This document shows positions 45,451-59,131 of a stretch of 64,000 bases of DNA, one piece after another; within the stretch, counting starts at the first letter, position 1; each line of letters starts with the position of its first letter. A model generated the notes under the pieces. It did no database searches. It saw nothing but the letters and a program-made list of their open reading frames with translations, and was not told the origin of the DNA. A program made the translations under genes and the position numbers. This DNA comes from Lingula anatina (lineage: Eukaryota; Animalia; Brachiopoda): assembly GCA_051362555.1 (NCBI GenBank), contig CM120642.1:4402001-4466000 (forward strand), read 5' to 3'.

Positions 45451-46264
45451 TTCTGTAGTGCTTTCATCCAGCTTCATTCTTCGTTTAGTTATCTTGATAA
45501 CTGTCTTGGTGCTACAGAGAATTCCAAAACCGAAACCAAAAATAAATGAAGATATAGGGTCAACTTTGGAAACTGCGCTTAAGCTCAACATTTAATTGGA
45601 CTTTTAGGAAGTATATTTAATTTCTGTAATGAAAAAAACTATTGCATTATTTTCACGATTGTATTCATTTCCCCCTTCCCCCTTAAGGAAGATATGCAAT
45701 AGTGGGTACAGGGTGGGGCACACAGTTGGTCACGTGCTCCCCACTACTACCCCTGTTAGCCTAGGAACTCCCTCCCCTTCCCCCCTACAAAAAAGGTATA
45801 ATAAAAACAAATGAGACAACACCAATCAATCCATCCATCCCTGTGCCTTGCATATTACAGTAAAATTTTCCACGTCTAATATTTTCCAGGGTATAATTGC
45901 CGAACGAAGCGAGGAAACCATCCCTTTCACGTGCATGTCTCATAACCAATGGTATATGCTTTTCTTAGATATTTAATTTAACTATTCGTCAGATCTGTTG
46001 GAGCTTATACCACAGCTTAAGATTTTTGCTCATGCGACTTATGTAGACTAGTAAAGGCTAATGGTACAATGTAGGCCGACACAAAAGAAACTAGAGTAAA
46101 AATCTTCCAAATGAAAGCCAAGAAACGCCCACACCCAATATATAGAGGTGCAAATGAGTTCACAGACGTGCTCTTTAAAATATTTAGTACACAGATTGCA
46201 AACTATGTTTGATTATTTTAGGGTCCCACATAAAGAAGGTTGTATCAAAGTTTCACCCGGGCCA

Positions 46265-46455
46265 CGAATAATTTTGGTATTTTAGAGTGCGAACGGTGCC
46301 ATTTGGTACGATCTAGAACTATAATTCAGCTAGTTAAAATTCTAATTTCAAGAGGGAACCATTGGTGTGATTTTTTTCAGAAATCGAAGGAGGGTCAGGA
46401 CTCCCCCCCCCCCTCCCCCCCCTCCCCCCCCCCCCCCCCCCCAAGTCCACCACTG
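46265..46455 (+). mobile_element. Partial MITE family D copy
   Basis: attttagag...catttggtac...tagaactat...atttcaagaggga...ggtcaggac shared with 49625-49770. Confidence 0.6.
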
Positions 46456-48096
46456 CGTTACTGTCACAAATGCAAAACGTCCAGCTGTGGGAACGTTTTA
46501 TTCACTTTGAAAAACCAATCATCACTGGTTCTGTTTTTTATTTATTCCTGCAAGTATAAAGTTGTAAAAATTATGAAAATTTCTTGTATAGAGCAGTTAA
46601 TTGTTTTTTGAGCGACTTTAGTTTGCTTGTCATTGAATATTAAAAAACGGGGAAAATACACCCTACCGACAGTAAAATAAGCATTAAATTAACCATTTTT
46701 CCACTCGTTATCCAAATATTATATCAGAAATGTCAATCTATTTTCGGTCAGCAACAGAAAACAGTGTAAAGTGTTTGTTAAAAGTAAAATGTATCACGTT
46801 TGTTAAACGTAACTGCGAAAAAAAAAATATATATATAGCGAAACTAATACATTTAGTGGTCTAAAGCAGCCACATTAATACAATAATATTACAAATAAAA
46901 AGAGATGAAGACTAACAAAGAGAATAAAAATACGGGTAACTGCTTGTGACTTTGCTTTTGAATAATTCAATTCATAATGATAAGGCATGACAAGTTTTTT
47001 AACTAAAATTCAGAGGTCAGAAAACTGGATCAAGGATACTGCAGTTAGGGGGTTTGGGGTGAGGTTTTCCTCAATATACTTCCTCGAACTTATTATTTAA
47101 CGCAATAAAAGAAGATATTATATAACACAATAAAAGAAGCTAATAGGCCTGCATTTCGGACCGAATTTTCGTATCAAAATTTAACAAGTTCTGTGGTTGA
47201 TAATCGAGTTCATATGACTCAATTAAGCTTTTTCGAAGAAAAAATTAAATGTTCAGTAAACCTACTATTGTGAAAATATCGAGCTTACACACGACGCTAA
47301 CAAAAGCAAAAAATCCTGCTTGAAGACATTTACAAAAAAAATAAATAATAATAATAAATAGAATAATAACAAAAAAAAAATGAAAACAAAACAAAACAAA
47401 CACACAAAAATGTAATCAGTGATGTGGAATATGCACTGAATGCAGTATATCGAATGAATGAACCTGGACAATGTGGGACATTTACAAGTAATCCCCTAAT
47501 GTTAAGGGTATTGAAAATGTTATCGAACCGATCAAAAGCTACAGGCCCCTATATCCCAGAATATTTAATGCCAGTTTGCTTTTTATACATTACGAAAGGG
47601 GTGCAAATTGAGACCCATGAAAACGCTGCCTTTTTTTAGGTCTGTTTTCTGTAGAAGACAAGGCCTGAGCATCCCACATTTCTCTGATTTTCTTTAACAC
47701 TAACTGTTGACCCACCGTTATGTGACCTACAGGGGTACGGTGTGACAGTTTTTCTAGAAATCCATAACCTGGTTTAGGAATAACAGAAACATTGTCATTG
47801 ACTTCAATAGCACTCTTTGGAGGGTTTGTAAGCATCCATAATATAATACTTAAGATTCCTGAAAAGTGTCTGAAAAGGGAAAACCCGATTGTAATTTTAG
47901 GATTGTTTTCGAGACTGCGTATGCCCTGCTTGGTTTCTTGAGTTCCCTACCCCCCCCCCCCCCTTCCCCCCGCCCCCCGCGGTCATATCTAAGGTTGCAC
48001 TTGCGCAGTGGGATTATAATTATCAAGGACAGACACGTTCACCGTGGCGTTACACTTTCAGCTCGTACTTCAAGCAGCGGACGTCGCACATCAACC

Positions 48097-51043
48097 ATGG
48101 TGAACCTTGGAGACGTATTCCCCAACTTTGACGCAAAAACCACTCATGGAGACTTCAAATTCCATGACTGGATTGGTGACTCGTAAGTTTGGAGCAGTTT
48201 TTGAGGGTTGTCATGCTTTTTTTTAATGCTTAGAAGGCCAGTAAGTTAGTCCGTAGACAAAGAGGGGTGTCAGAAATGAAGAAAACTAGGTCAGCGTTGT
48301 TTGTAAACGGTTATCTAACTTTAAGTCTGAGTGTTGCTTGTCTCGCACACGTGGCCTAAAACGAGTTGCGTCTGCCACAAATATCGAGCTAAAAGGCGCT
48401 ACATTGTCACTTGTGTTAATGTACATGTATATGTACACTTCAGTATAATTGTCGTCCCAAAGTTTTTAAGTACCCCGGCCGCCCCCTCCGAGCGCATAAC
48501 CTTTCTCAGCAATGCCTTCGCAGGAGCCGTAAACTAATCCCCAGGCTGTGGTCACTGGTGTTGTTCCTGACAGGACAGGTGTAGTTCGAACTCCAAGCCG
48601 AAAGTTCGGGCATGAGTGAATTCTCAGGATGAGGAATTTAGATAGCTCTCGCGTGGGACGCGCGCATTAAGTCCATCTGGTGCCTCCAGGTCGGCAGTTT
48701 TCCTTTGAAGTAGTGTCTAATATTTTAGCGTTGGCACTGTTGCAAATTCAGCAAATAGCACATATTTTACTTCTTTGATTTTGAGTCCTGGCTACCTGTG
48801 CACATTACTGTGCACATGGTGACAAAGGAGTAGTAGGGGCACAAGTTTAATTTAAATGTTTAACTCCAAAGGAATTAATAATAATAAAACATCAAAACCC
48901 AGCTGTGTTACCCACACTGATCCACTCAATATATAGTGAATTAAGAGCTACCCAATTAAGTGTGTTTAGTCTGAATTTGTACCCAGGGAACACTGGACAA
49001 GGGTCAGTAAGCTTTCTCACCAAAGTGGAGGGAAAGGAATTCTAGGTCAGAGCACGGCATCAGATAACAGTTATCTAATTCATTGGTCAGAGGCATTCCA
49101 TAATGCTTTGAATAACAAATGGACAGATGAAGGGTAGTAGTCTTTCAATCCACAATACATCTTCTCAGATGTCTTTTATGTAGGCTAGTACGTGTGAAAA
49201 GATGAAGAGAGACAGGCCTGCAGCATAGCCAGAGGGTTCAGAACAAAAGGTGGAGGGGAGGTCCTTTTCTGAAAAAGAGGACCTTCATTTTACCACCCTT
49301 TGTTGAGTGAACTTAAGAAGTGGCATAGAACCTGGTCAAAATGTGATTCAGAACAGACATTTCAGGGGGATCAAGGATTAGATGCAAAGCAGACCCTTCT
49401 CTCTCCCCCTTGGTGTGGGGTTTCGGGCCCGCTGAAGCAGGGGCGGATTTAGGCTGTCTTCTGGGTCTTCCGGAAGACGGTCAGATTTTTAAGTTTACAT
49501 TGACGGGTAACTAATAATTTCTGTCGGAAGACGGTCAGAAATTGAGGACGAATTAACAGAGATAATTTGGAAGACTGTCAGAAAATATCTCTGGATCCGC
49601 CCCTGTGAAGGGCCCCCAAACTTTGTGTAATTTTAGAGGGGGAACAGTGTCATTTGGTACAGTTTAGAACTATGTAAAAATTCTTATTTCAAGAGGGATC
49701 GTTGCTGTGATTTTTTGCAGAAATTGAACAGAGGTCAGGACCCCCTGACACACCCCTAAATCTGTCACTGTGTTTTATTGGTTGATTAGGCTGTTCTCTT
49801 ACACCCCAGAACTTCTCTGCCTATATACAGGCCTGTAGAATAAACTTCCACATGGCACAAGCTTTAAAGGCAAAAGTCTTAAACACATAAAAATACTTTT
49901 CTTGGGGCATTTTCAACATTAGCTCATCTCCATGCCTTTGAATAACATTTAGTCCAAAAAATTGATAAGTATAGGATAAAGCCAGAGCAGGGTAGATAAA
50001 TGAGTATTATAGTAATACATATAAAAAAATGCCTGAATCTCGCACTGAACTGCACTGAATCTTGAAAAAGGGAAAATTATATTTGTATTTTTGGTTTTGT
50101 ATACTAGTATACCACAGACAATATATCATGAGTATGTCTATCCATGCATTTCATGCATCTTTTTAATTTGTTTTTTTCTCAGGTGGGCAATCTTGTTCTC
50201 CCATCCAGCTGACTACACCCCTGTTTGCACCACTGAGTTAGGGCGTGTCACCCAGTTGGTCCCAGAATTCAACAAGCGTGGTGTCAAGTTGATTGCACTG
50301 TCCTGTGACAATGTGGAGAGCCACAAAGGCTGGATTGAGGTCAGTTTGATCCCCATCCAAATATATTTATTTAATAAATAGATAAATATAATAAAGACAG
50401 ATACAGCTGTATGAATGAATTGTCTCCTACTTGACAGTGTAAAAATATCACCAAACACTGAAATCAATTTAAAATTGGGTGAAATAAATGAGCAATATTT
50501 TGTAGCATTTTCAACATTTATGTTATTTTACATTTTCCTTGGTCATATCAAAATATGGTTAGCTAAACTTTGTTAGATGAAGTCAAGAGAATTACATGTC
50601 TTAACATCCTAAAGCCTTGACTGTTATTTGCAGGATATTAAGAGCTACATGAAGGACCAAGGGGATTTCCCTTATCCCATTATCTCTGACTCTGACCGCT
50701 CCCTGGCTGTATCCCTGGGGATGGTTGACCCTGCTGAGAAGGATGCTGCTGGTTTGCCTCTAACCTGCAGAGCTGTAAGTAAAGCATACAAGTATGTGTA
50801 CTCTTGGATATTGTAATAAGTCATTTTGTCCATGGTGGACTGCAGTTATATGTAACAGTGTGGCCAAGGGTGTGTTCCTTTATAGCAACAGATTTGTACT
50901 GACAGTATTGGTAGGGAGGGGGGGGTCTTCTAGTAGTTTTGTCCTTTTCAACTATGAATTCGCAAGTGTGATTCGAGGATTATTTATCTTGTTTGGAAAT
51001 AAGCATGAAAGTCCATCTATTTTTTAAAATCTGTTTCATTGAT

Positions 51044-51081
<38 letters not shown>

Positions 51082-54000
51082 AAAGAGCATCCATCAATAT
51101 TGTAACTATGCAATATTTTCTGATAGTACACATGTACATTAACACAACCACTTCTACAGGTGTTCATCATTAGCCCAGACAAGAAACTGAAGTTGTCTAT
51201 GTTGTATCCTGCCACCACAGGGAGGAATTTTACGTAAGTGACTCTTTCAATAAGTGTGTTCATGTGTATATTTGCACTTGTGTGTATGGAGCTTAAACTG
51301 TGTTTAAAGATACTTTTTAGACATCAGCTTTATAGCGGACCCTAAATTGATACGTTCTTGATGTGAGAATTTTAATCAATGTAAACAAATAAACATAAAT
51401 ATATAAATAAAATATATAGATATAAATAAGATACAAATAAAGGTCACCTTTTCATGTGATTTTAGTGAAATCCTGAGAGTGGTGGACTCTCTCCAGCTCA
51501 CTGTCAACCAAAAAGTAGCAACGCCAGCAGACTGGGTGGTAAGAAAGTATTTCACCATTGTCAGTTACACCTACCATTAGTTTTAATGGGGACAATTTTT
51601 TTTTATGTACAGACACAGATGTGTCTGTACATATTGCCATCACCTGCGTCTGTCGTCGCCGATGGCGATGGCGATGCCGATGCCGATGCCGATGCCGATG
51701 CCGGCGCCGTGCACTTTCCTTGTAAACACGATAAGTGGAGGGCAGTTTTACTTTTTGGCTTTATATTTACAGAGCTGATGAATATTCATAAAACGCAGGT
51801 CAAGTTTGAAAATCAGCATGATCGGGCCATTATTGTAGAAGTTATGCTGTTTTTTCACTTTTCAGCATATTTTTCACATTTCCTCAGATTCAATTCTTAG
51901 GCATGTTAACAGTCTCATTATTAAACTAATAAGATACGTAAAAGTGTTTGTTTGACATTTCCTGCATCTTTACAACATTGTTAGTTGATTTTGTAAAAAT
52001 GATGGTAAACTTGTTATCGTGTATTGTGTAATAAAGTTTCAAAAATGGAAATAAACTCATATCATTGCAGTTTGTCAGATTGAATTATTCACTATGTTCA
52101 GAATCTCAGAATGGAAGAAATTGGACATTTAACACTGCTCTGTTGATATTTTTCCCATCTCATCAATTTTCTTAGTTGATAATATAAAAATGGCAGTAAA
52201 CTGTTAATTTTGTTTTATGTTAAAAATTGTTAAAAATGAAAAAAAAAAACATTTCAGAACAGTGCTGTCTTGTTTACATTTTGGCATTTTCAAGTTGTGA
52301 CTTTGAAGTTCCATGGGCCTGAAGACCTTTGCTAGTCACATTTTCTGAATATCCATGATACTTATATTTTATTATTAAATATTGATGGTCATCATGCTGT
52401 TAAACATTATGTAATATTGCATCAAAATTTGAAAAAAACCTATTTTGGGCACTGCTCCCATGATGACCATTTAAGAAAAACCATGTCACTTACTGTTCTC
52501 AAACAGTACAGTAAATATATATAGATGTGTCTGTACATATTGCCATCACCTGCGTCTGTCGTCGCCGTCGCCGTCGGCGCCGTGCACTTTCCTTGTAAAC
52601 ACGATAAGTCATCATCATTGCTCTTCGTCCCGCGTGGGACATAAGGCCACAGTCACTTCTTTCCACTTGGCCCTGTCTCTGGCTACGTGCTGGGCCTGTC
52701 CCCATGTAAGGTCCCCCTCCCTCAGCTCTGCCATCATTGTTCGGCGCCAGGTGGTCTTGGGCCTTCCTCTCTTTCTTTTTCCGGGTGGTGTCCATCTCAG
52801 AGCTACCTTTGGTACTCTGTTCTCGTCCATCCTAAGTACATGGCCGAGCCATTTAAAGCGCCGTCGCTTGATCTGCCCTACAATACTCTGGCTCCCTGTC
52901 AGTATGTACAGGTCATGATTGGAGATCTTATTTGGCCAGAATATGCGGCAGATCCTGCGGAGACACCTGTTATGGAAGGACTCTACTTTGCTCATGTCAG
53001 ACTTTGTAACTCTCCAACAAAACACGATAAGTGGAAGGCAGTTTTACTTTTTGGCTTTATATTTACAGAGCTGATGAATATTCATAAAATGCAGGTCAAG
53101 TTCGAAAATCAGCATGATCGGGCCATTATTGTAGAAGTTATGCTGTTTTTTCACTTTTCAGCATATATGCAACACTGTAAACACATTTCAACGAAAACCG
53201 ATAGGCCTGTTGTCATGAAACTCACAGGAAAAATTGATCTTACTAAAACGCAGGTCAAGTTCGAAAATTGGCATGATCGGGCCACTATTTTAGTAGTTGT
53301 GCTTTTTTTTCTTTTTTCAGCATATATGCAACACTGTAAACACAATATAAGAAAAACAGATAGGCCAATTGTCATTAAACTCACAGGAGTGGTCAATCCT
53401 GCTAAAACGCAAGTCAAGTTCAAAAATCAGCATAATCAGGCCATTATTTTAGAAGTTATGCTGTTTTTTACATTTCCTTAGATTCAATTCTTAGGCATGT
53501 TAACAGTTTCATTATTTAATTAATAAGATATGTAAAAGTGTTTTTTTGACATTTCCTGCATCTTTACTACATTGTTAGTTGATTTTGTAAAAATGATGTT
53601 AAACTTGTTATTGTGTATTGTGTAATAAAGTTTCAAAAATGGAAATAAACTCATATCATTGCAGTTTGTCAGATTGAATCATTCACTATGTTCAGAATCT
53701 CAGAATGGAGGAAATTGGACATTTGACACTATTCTATTGATATTTTTCCCATCTCATCAATTTTCTTAGTTGATCATATAAAAATGGCAGTTAACTGTTA
53801 ATTTTGTTTTATGTTAAAAATTGTTAAAAATGGAAATAAACCCATTTCAGAACAGTGCTGTCTTGTTTACATTTTGGCATTTTCAAGTTGTGGCTTTGAA
53901 GTTCCATGGGCCTAAAGACCTTTGCTAGTCACATTTTCTGAATATCCATGATACTAATATTTTATTATTAAAAATTGATGGTCATTATGCTGTTAAACAT

Positions 54001-55517
54001 TATGTAATATTGCATCAAAATTTGAAAAAAAACTATTTTGGGCACTGCTCCCATGATGACCATTTAAGAAAAACCATGTCACTTACTGTTCTCAAACAGT
54101 ACAGTAAATATGTACAGATGTGTCTGTACATATTGCCATCACCTGCGTCTGTCGTCGCCGTCATCGCTGTTGCCGGCACCTTGCACTTTCATTGTAAACA
54201 CGATAAATGGAAGGCAGTTTTACTTTTGGGCTTTATATTTAAAGAGCTGATGAATATTCATAAAACGCAGGTCAAGTTCGAAAATCAGGATGATCGGGCC
54301 ATTATTGTAGAAGTTATGCTTTTTTCTTTCACTTTTCAACATATATGCAACACTGTAAACACATTTCAAGGAAAACCGATAGGCCTGTTGTCGTGAAACT
54401 CTCAGGAGTAATCGATCTTACTAAAACGGAGGTCAAGTTCGAAAATTGGCATGCAGCCTGAGTTGGAAAAGCAGTCTAATTGGCTTCTTTTTCTGGAAGT
54501 TATACATTTTCAAAGTGTGAACTTGAACTCTCATGGGCCTGAAGCCTTATGCTTGTTACACATTTTACTTTCATTGGTATTACCTGTTGAGCATAATTTA
54601 AATTTGATGTTGAATTTACAGTTAAACATAATGTACTTTTGCATCAGAATAAACAGTAGCCTATTTTGTGCATAGTTATTTCCTGCTTTTTGTCTGTACA
54701 TTTGACAGCTTTGCTGCCTTGTTTATTTCCATATTCCTGTGATCTGTCAAAACTGGAAGAAAGTGCATGGAGCGTTTTGCTGTGAATAAACTACAATTAA
54801 TCTGATTTAGTTCTGTGATATAGTCCTATGCATTTTTACTGTACAGACTATCACTCTCTTGTGTTCCAATCTCCTCATGTTCCCAAGGTACAATGCTTGT
54901 AACAAAAGTCTCTCAGTTCATTATGGGCCCATACTTTAATTTGAAAAACAAACCGGAATTCAAGAACTGCTCTCCACTTATTTCTTTATGTGAAGATAAG
55001 TAAATTCAGAACTGTAGCCAGGCCCGTAGCCAGCAATTTCAAAGGGGGGGTTCTTTTTCTGAAAAAGTGGACCTTTTACCATATAATCCCCATGTACCTA
55101 GGTCAAATTTTACCCAGAGTGGACCTTTTTCCAGCAAAAAGGGGGGTTCTTTCGAACCCCCCGAACCCCCCCTGGCTACAGGCCTGGTAGCACAGTTGTG
55201 TCAAATAAAGGTTGTTTACCTAATTTTTTGACTGTGCCTTTAAGTAGATTGTGGTAGTCTGGACATTCTGGAAATGGATTTTATCTATAAGTGGTGCACA
55301 TTTAGGTATGTCAACTACATTTATTTTCAGTCAATCTTAAAATACCATTCATCTATATAATTGAGTTTTCCTTTCTTATTTTGTCCAGAATGGGGGTGAC
55401 TGCATGGTACTTCCCACTATCAAAGAAGACGAAGCTGCCAAGCTTTTTCCAAACCACAAAACAATTCCTGTGCCTTCCAAAAAGCCATATCTCCGAATTA
55501 CCCCACAGCCCAAGTAA
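48097..55517 (+). CDS. PRDX6: Peroxiredoxin-6 (1-Cys Prx), 6 exons, 219 aa
   Basis: Exons 48097-48182, 50183-50339, 50634-50774, 51160-51233, 51466-51538, 55389-55517 (660 nt, all GT-AG); [14 protein letters not shown] active site, [26 protein letters not shown]-terminal YLRITPQPK. Confidence 0.97.
49363..49770 (+). mobile_element. MITE family D copy hosting a nested family A MITE
   Basis: CAGGGGGAT...AAATCTGTCACTG; the part after the insert matches 46265-46455. Confidence 0.55.
49438..49605 (+). mobile_element. MITE family A, best-preserved copy, 5-bp TSD TGAAG
   Basis: TIR CAGGGGCGGAT/ATCCGCCCCTG; TGAAG at 49433-49437 and 49606-49610. Confidence 0.9.
51600..54723 (+). mobile_element. Non-autonomous Helentron-type (HINE/DINE-1-like) element, three head-to-tail segments, in PRDX6 intron 5
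   Basis: 5' T-run + hairpin TATGTACAGACAC-agat-GTGTCTGTACATA, (GCCGAT)n/(GTCGCC)n microsatellite, internal 159-bp repeats with GGTCAAGTTCGAAAAT, 3' TGTCTGTACAT + CAGC-ttt-GCTG hairpin + CTTGTT; heads repeated at ~52520 and ~54111. Confidence 0.75.
52610..53019 (-). mobile_element. 5'-truncated RTE-clade LINE with 13-bp TSD and (ATG)n tail
   Basis: ORF end [17 protein letters not shown]...[13 protein letters not shown]...[15 protein letters not shown] is typical of RTE; TSD AAACACGATAAGT at 52597-52609 and 53020-53032. Confidence 0.92.
55019..55186 (+). mobile_element. MITE family B, best-preserved copy, 5-bp TSD GTAGC
   Basis: TIR CAGGCCCGTAGCCAG/CTGGCTACAGGCCTG; GTAGC at 55014-55018 and 55187-55191. 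Confidence 0.9.
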
Positions 55518-57919
55518 AATAAACAACAGCCTTGGATAAATCATTGGGTCAGCAGCCTTGGATGTTTTGGAGATGAACATTTCATGTCGTCCTGATTAAA
55601 CTTTCACTCACAAATTATTTACATGATTTTCATTCATAGAGCATTTAGCACTTCATAAAGCAATTAGTGAAAAAAAATTCATTATTAATGTTATAAATAC
55701 ACCTGTAGTGCATTAGGCAGCTCACGTAGATGAAAAATGTTATTACATAAAAAAATGGTTTGCATTACTAGTTCAATAGTCTCTGGTTAAGATAATTATC
55801 CGTTTTTGTATAACGTAGTAGGCAGGTGATTTGTTTGTATGTTTTGCTTATTTCAACGAATGTATTTTGGTATAAAGATGATATAATTACCTGATCAGAT
55901 TTTACATTTTCTTGATTAAATTGACTAATTGGTGTTTTTGCCATATATTATTCAGATTATATATATATCTATATAGTATAAAAGCTTAAGGAGTGATATT
56001 ACAGAGGTAGTGTAGACATAACAATTTAAGGAAAACAACATAATATTAAATACCCAAGAAACCACGCACATAATTAAGTAAAAGAAAGAAATCTTGCATA
56101 ATTTTTCTTAATTATCATCAAAAAGGGGTAACCTTCTTTCTATGTTGAGCTATGGCCCATTCAGCTCGAGGCTGTAAGAAATATGCAACTGACAGAAGTA
56201 TTTTTATGGTAATATGTCAATAAAATTCCATCCTTGTTCTTTGTACTATTTGGTGCAAAAGAAGTAAAAAAAAGCATTATTTTAAGCATTTGATGTCATG
56301 TTATTGAATTCTTGATATTATTGAATAAATCTGCTGTTGTATGTTGTGAATGATTTTGTGATACTATTTACCATTTATTACTTCAGTGGTGGTAGAGACT
56401 TTCTTAATGTGACAAACGAGGTAATGGTGGTTCACTTGCCATTTTTTTTTCTCAAAAGTAACAAATTTCGGTGAACCCAATTTTCAAAATTTGTATCATA
56501 GTATTGTAAATTTGCAGCATTGTTTTCCCCTCAAGTTAAATGTTATTCAATACATTTCACTTAAAATTGGTGATATATGCCTGTTCTTTAGTAAATGTAC
56601 ATCATTTTGAAATATTAGCATCCACGTAATTTTGCCATGCATTGCCAAATATTGAAAAATCCGATTCGAGTATTGATCCATATTTTTGTGTTTCATATTA
56701 AATTTACAGGAGTGTACATCGGGCATAGAATAAAGTTACCAATGAAAAGGAAGTAGTTTTTGATTCCTGACTGCAAAAAGTTATTGACAAGTTTTGATAA
56801 TATTTTTCAGGAAAGGTCAGAAATGGGCTCAAAGAGCAGATTTTGGTGATGATCCTTTAATTATTAATTAATGGTTAATTGGTTATTATTAGTTAATTAT
56901 TTGTTCCGATGGAGGTCTGCACTCTGAGTGCTTTTCTAGTTTATTATGGATTTTCTATGGGGGAGAGGGTAAAATGAAAAGTATTCATTACAGCAATCAA
57001 TTCTTTATCTCGGAGCAAATTATTTATTAACAGAGTCACACATGACACCATTATTACAGACTTTTACATGCAAACAAAAATTTGTATAAAAGGGAATGCA
57101 AAGCAGAGTAAAAGTTCTACCATGTTCTCAATAATTTATCTACAACTTATAACAGTTTTTGTCTAAAATTGCTAACATTTCATCCTGGAATTCTATTCAG
57201 ATGCAACTGATCCCACATACATGTTCCATCAAACAATGATCCAGGATCCTGTATTTAAAAATACAACAAAGCATTGGGAGCACGAGACATATATTTAAAA
57301 AGTAATATAATCACAGAGACAAGAAGTATTTCACAGCATTTGATAAATAGGTCAATTTCAAATTTGTGCACAACATTTTCCCTTGTCATACCGCATGGGA
57401 TGTTGAGAACAAAATACCCAGATACAGTGTATCTAGCTCTTCTACCACAGTAGATGTTGATAGCAAAGATCATGCAGTGGTGGATCTCACATACTGGGTC
57501 TTTAGCTCCTCATATCCAGACTAGTAAAAGTAAGATACTGTACTCATCAGCAAAGGTGGACATGATGACCACTCATAATGCACATGAGTGTATCACAGGC
57601 AGTGTTGACTCCCATCTCTTCAATGGGGGGAAATTATCAATTTTTTCATAAACATCATTTTTTCATTTGTGGTACTTTTTCTGTATGAAATTGAAAGTAC
57701 GTATACTAACACAAGGAAGCTTGATTTTCAGTTTCCTTGCAACCACACAATAGGAATGTTCTTATATTATAAGAATTGATGACTTGAAAAAATTTAGTAC
57801 ATGTAAAATTCACAATTATTCACATTGAAAGGACTAAGTCAATACAGAACACCTTGCCTGTATCTAATACATTATATAAACAACAATAATACATTATATA
57901 AATATCATATGGCCCACTA

Positions 57920-59131
57920 TCATATCAGACCCAAATACTGCTGTATCCCATGAACAATGTTCCCTGCTCTACTCTCTTCAATCCATAAAACTGAGTGCAG
58001 GATGACATACTGAGATAATCCCATGATAAACCCGCTAATAACATCTGATACATGATGGCGTCCTAGCATCACTCGAGATAGCGACACACACACACTCCAC
58101 ATGATAAGCCCAAGTTTGACAAAACTTGGCAATACTAACTGGTCCAGGAAAAAGTACAAGAGCATGGCAGCTCGGGTGGAGTGACCTGAGGGGAATGAGA
58201 AATGATCCACTGAGACCGTGAAAAACATGTCCATTTCATTGTGTTGTGGTCTTGGTCTCTTAGCAGCTGTTTTCACCACACCTACCATTATTAGGTCAAA
58301 TATCAAAGCTAGAATGAAAAAAAAAAATTAAGAAAATGTTTTAGATACCAAATTGTATATTGTTATAACTAGTGATACAACAAAAAGCATTATTACATAA
58401 AATATCAACAGATTTTCATTCCAGTACAATACAAATGCATTTGTATGCTAATCTAAAAAATGCCTGTATCTTATCTTCTGGGAGGTAAACAGAAGCCACT
58501 ATTCACACCCACAATCTGTGACCTACATTTATGATCTAAAGCCCTTGAGCAGTACAAAGGTGGCAGAAATAACACCCCTTTTTGTCACAGATAGCCATTC
58601 TGAGCAAAGTCGACTAAGGCGAGAATCAGAAAATCGTACGATACATGCATTTTGTTCTTTAAAATTCAAATAACGCTGCTGCATTGGCGCATGGTAAATT
58701 GTTACTGAAAAATAAATCTACCCAAGAGGATACAAGATGCATGCAAGGACATAAATGAAGAGATACTGAAGAACACCAGTCTCACCTAACATTAAATTTA
58801 GTGCCAGTGTCTGATTCTTCACATCCCGCGAGTTAAGAATTGCCCAGGCGGCAAGCAAGAGCCATGGAATGCCATGACAACTGTTCTCTAGTGCCTTCAT
58901 CAGTGGCCTCAGCCATCCATACGAAGAGTTTCTAGAAGCACAAATTGCTAGGCATTTTGTGTACTGTTTGTCCATCTGTAGAAGAATACTTTCGCTCTCT
59001 CCTGTGGCCAAAGCTTCGGCAGTGTTTGGGGTGGCATCTCCGGTTGGCTGTACATTTTCAGCCGCTGTATGTTCTTGTTTAGAAGATTTGAATCTTGAGC
59101 GTGTTTCCGGTAACCCTGACATGGTGCTCAT
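57920..59131 (-). CDS. PLPP6: Polyisoprenoid diphosphate/phosphate phosphatase PLPP6-like (PAP2 family), 2 exons, 244 aa
   Basis: Exons 59131-58786 and 58308-57920 (phase 1, GT-AG); PAP2 motifs KTAAKRPRP, SFPSGH, SRVMLGRHHVSDV, plus CHGIPW typical of PLPP6/7. Confidence 0.9.

Noticed and set aside
47866-48096. N-terminal extension of PRDX6 from the ORF track
   Set aside because: Starts at GTG and runs through a poly-C tract and promoter-like sequence; the ATG at 48097 has good context and matches the family start
52687-54396. 264-aa and 128-aa plus-strand ORFs
   Set aside because: Antisense of the RTE fragment fused to 159-bp (multiple of 3) tandem units; no protein motifs
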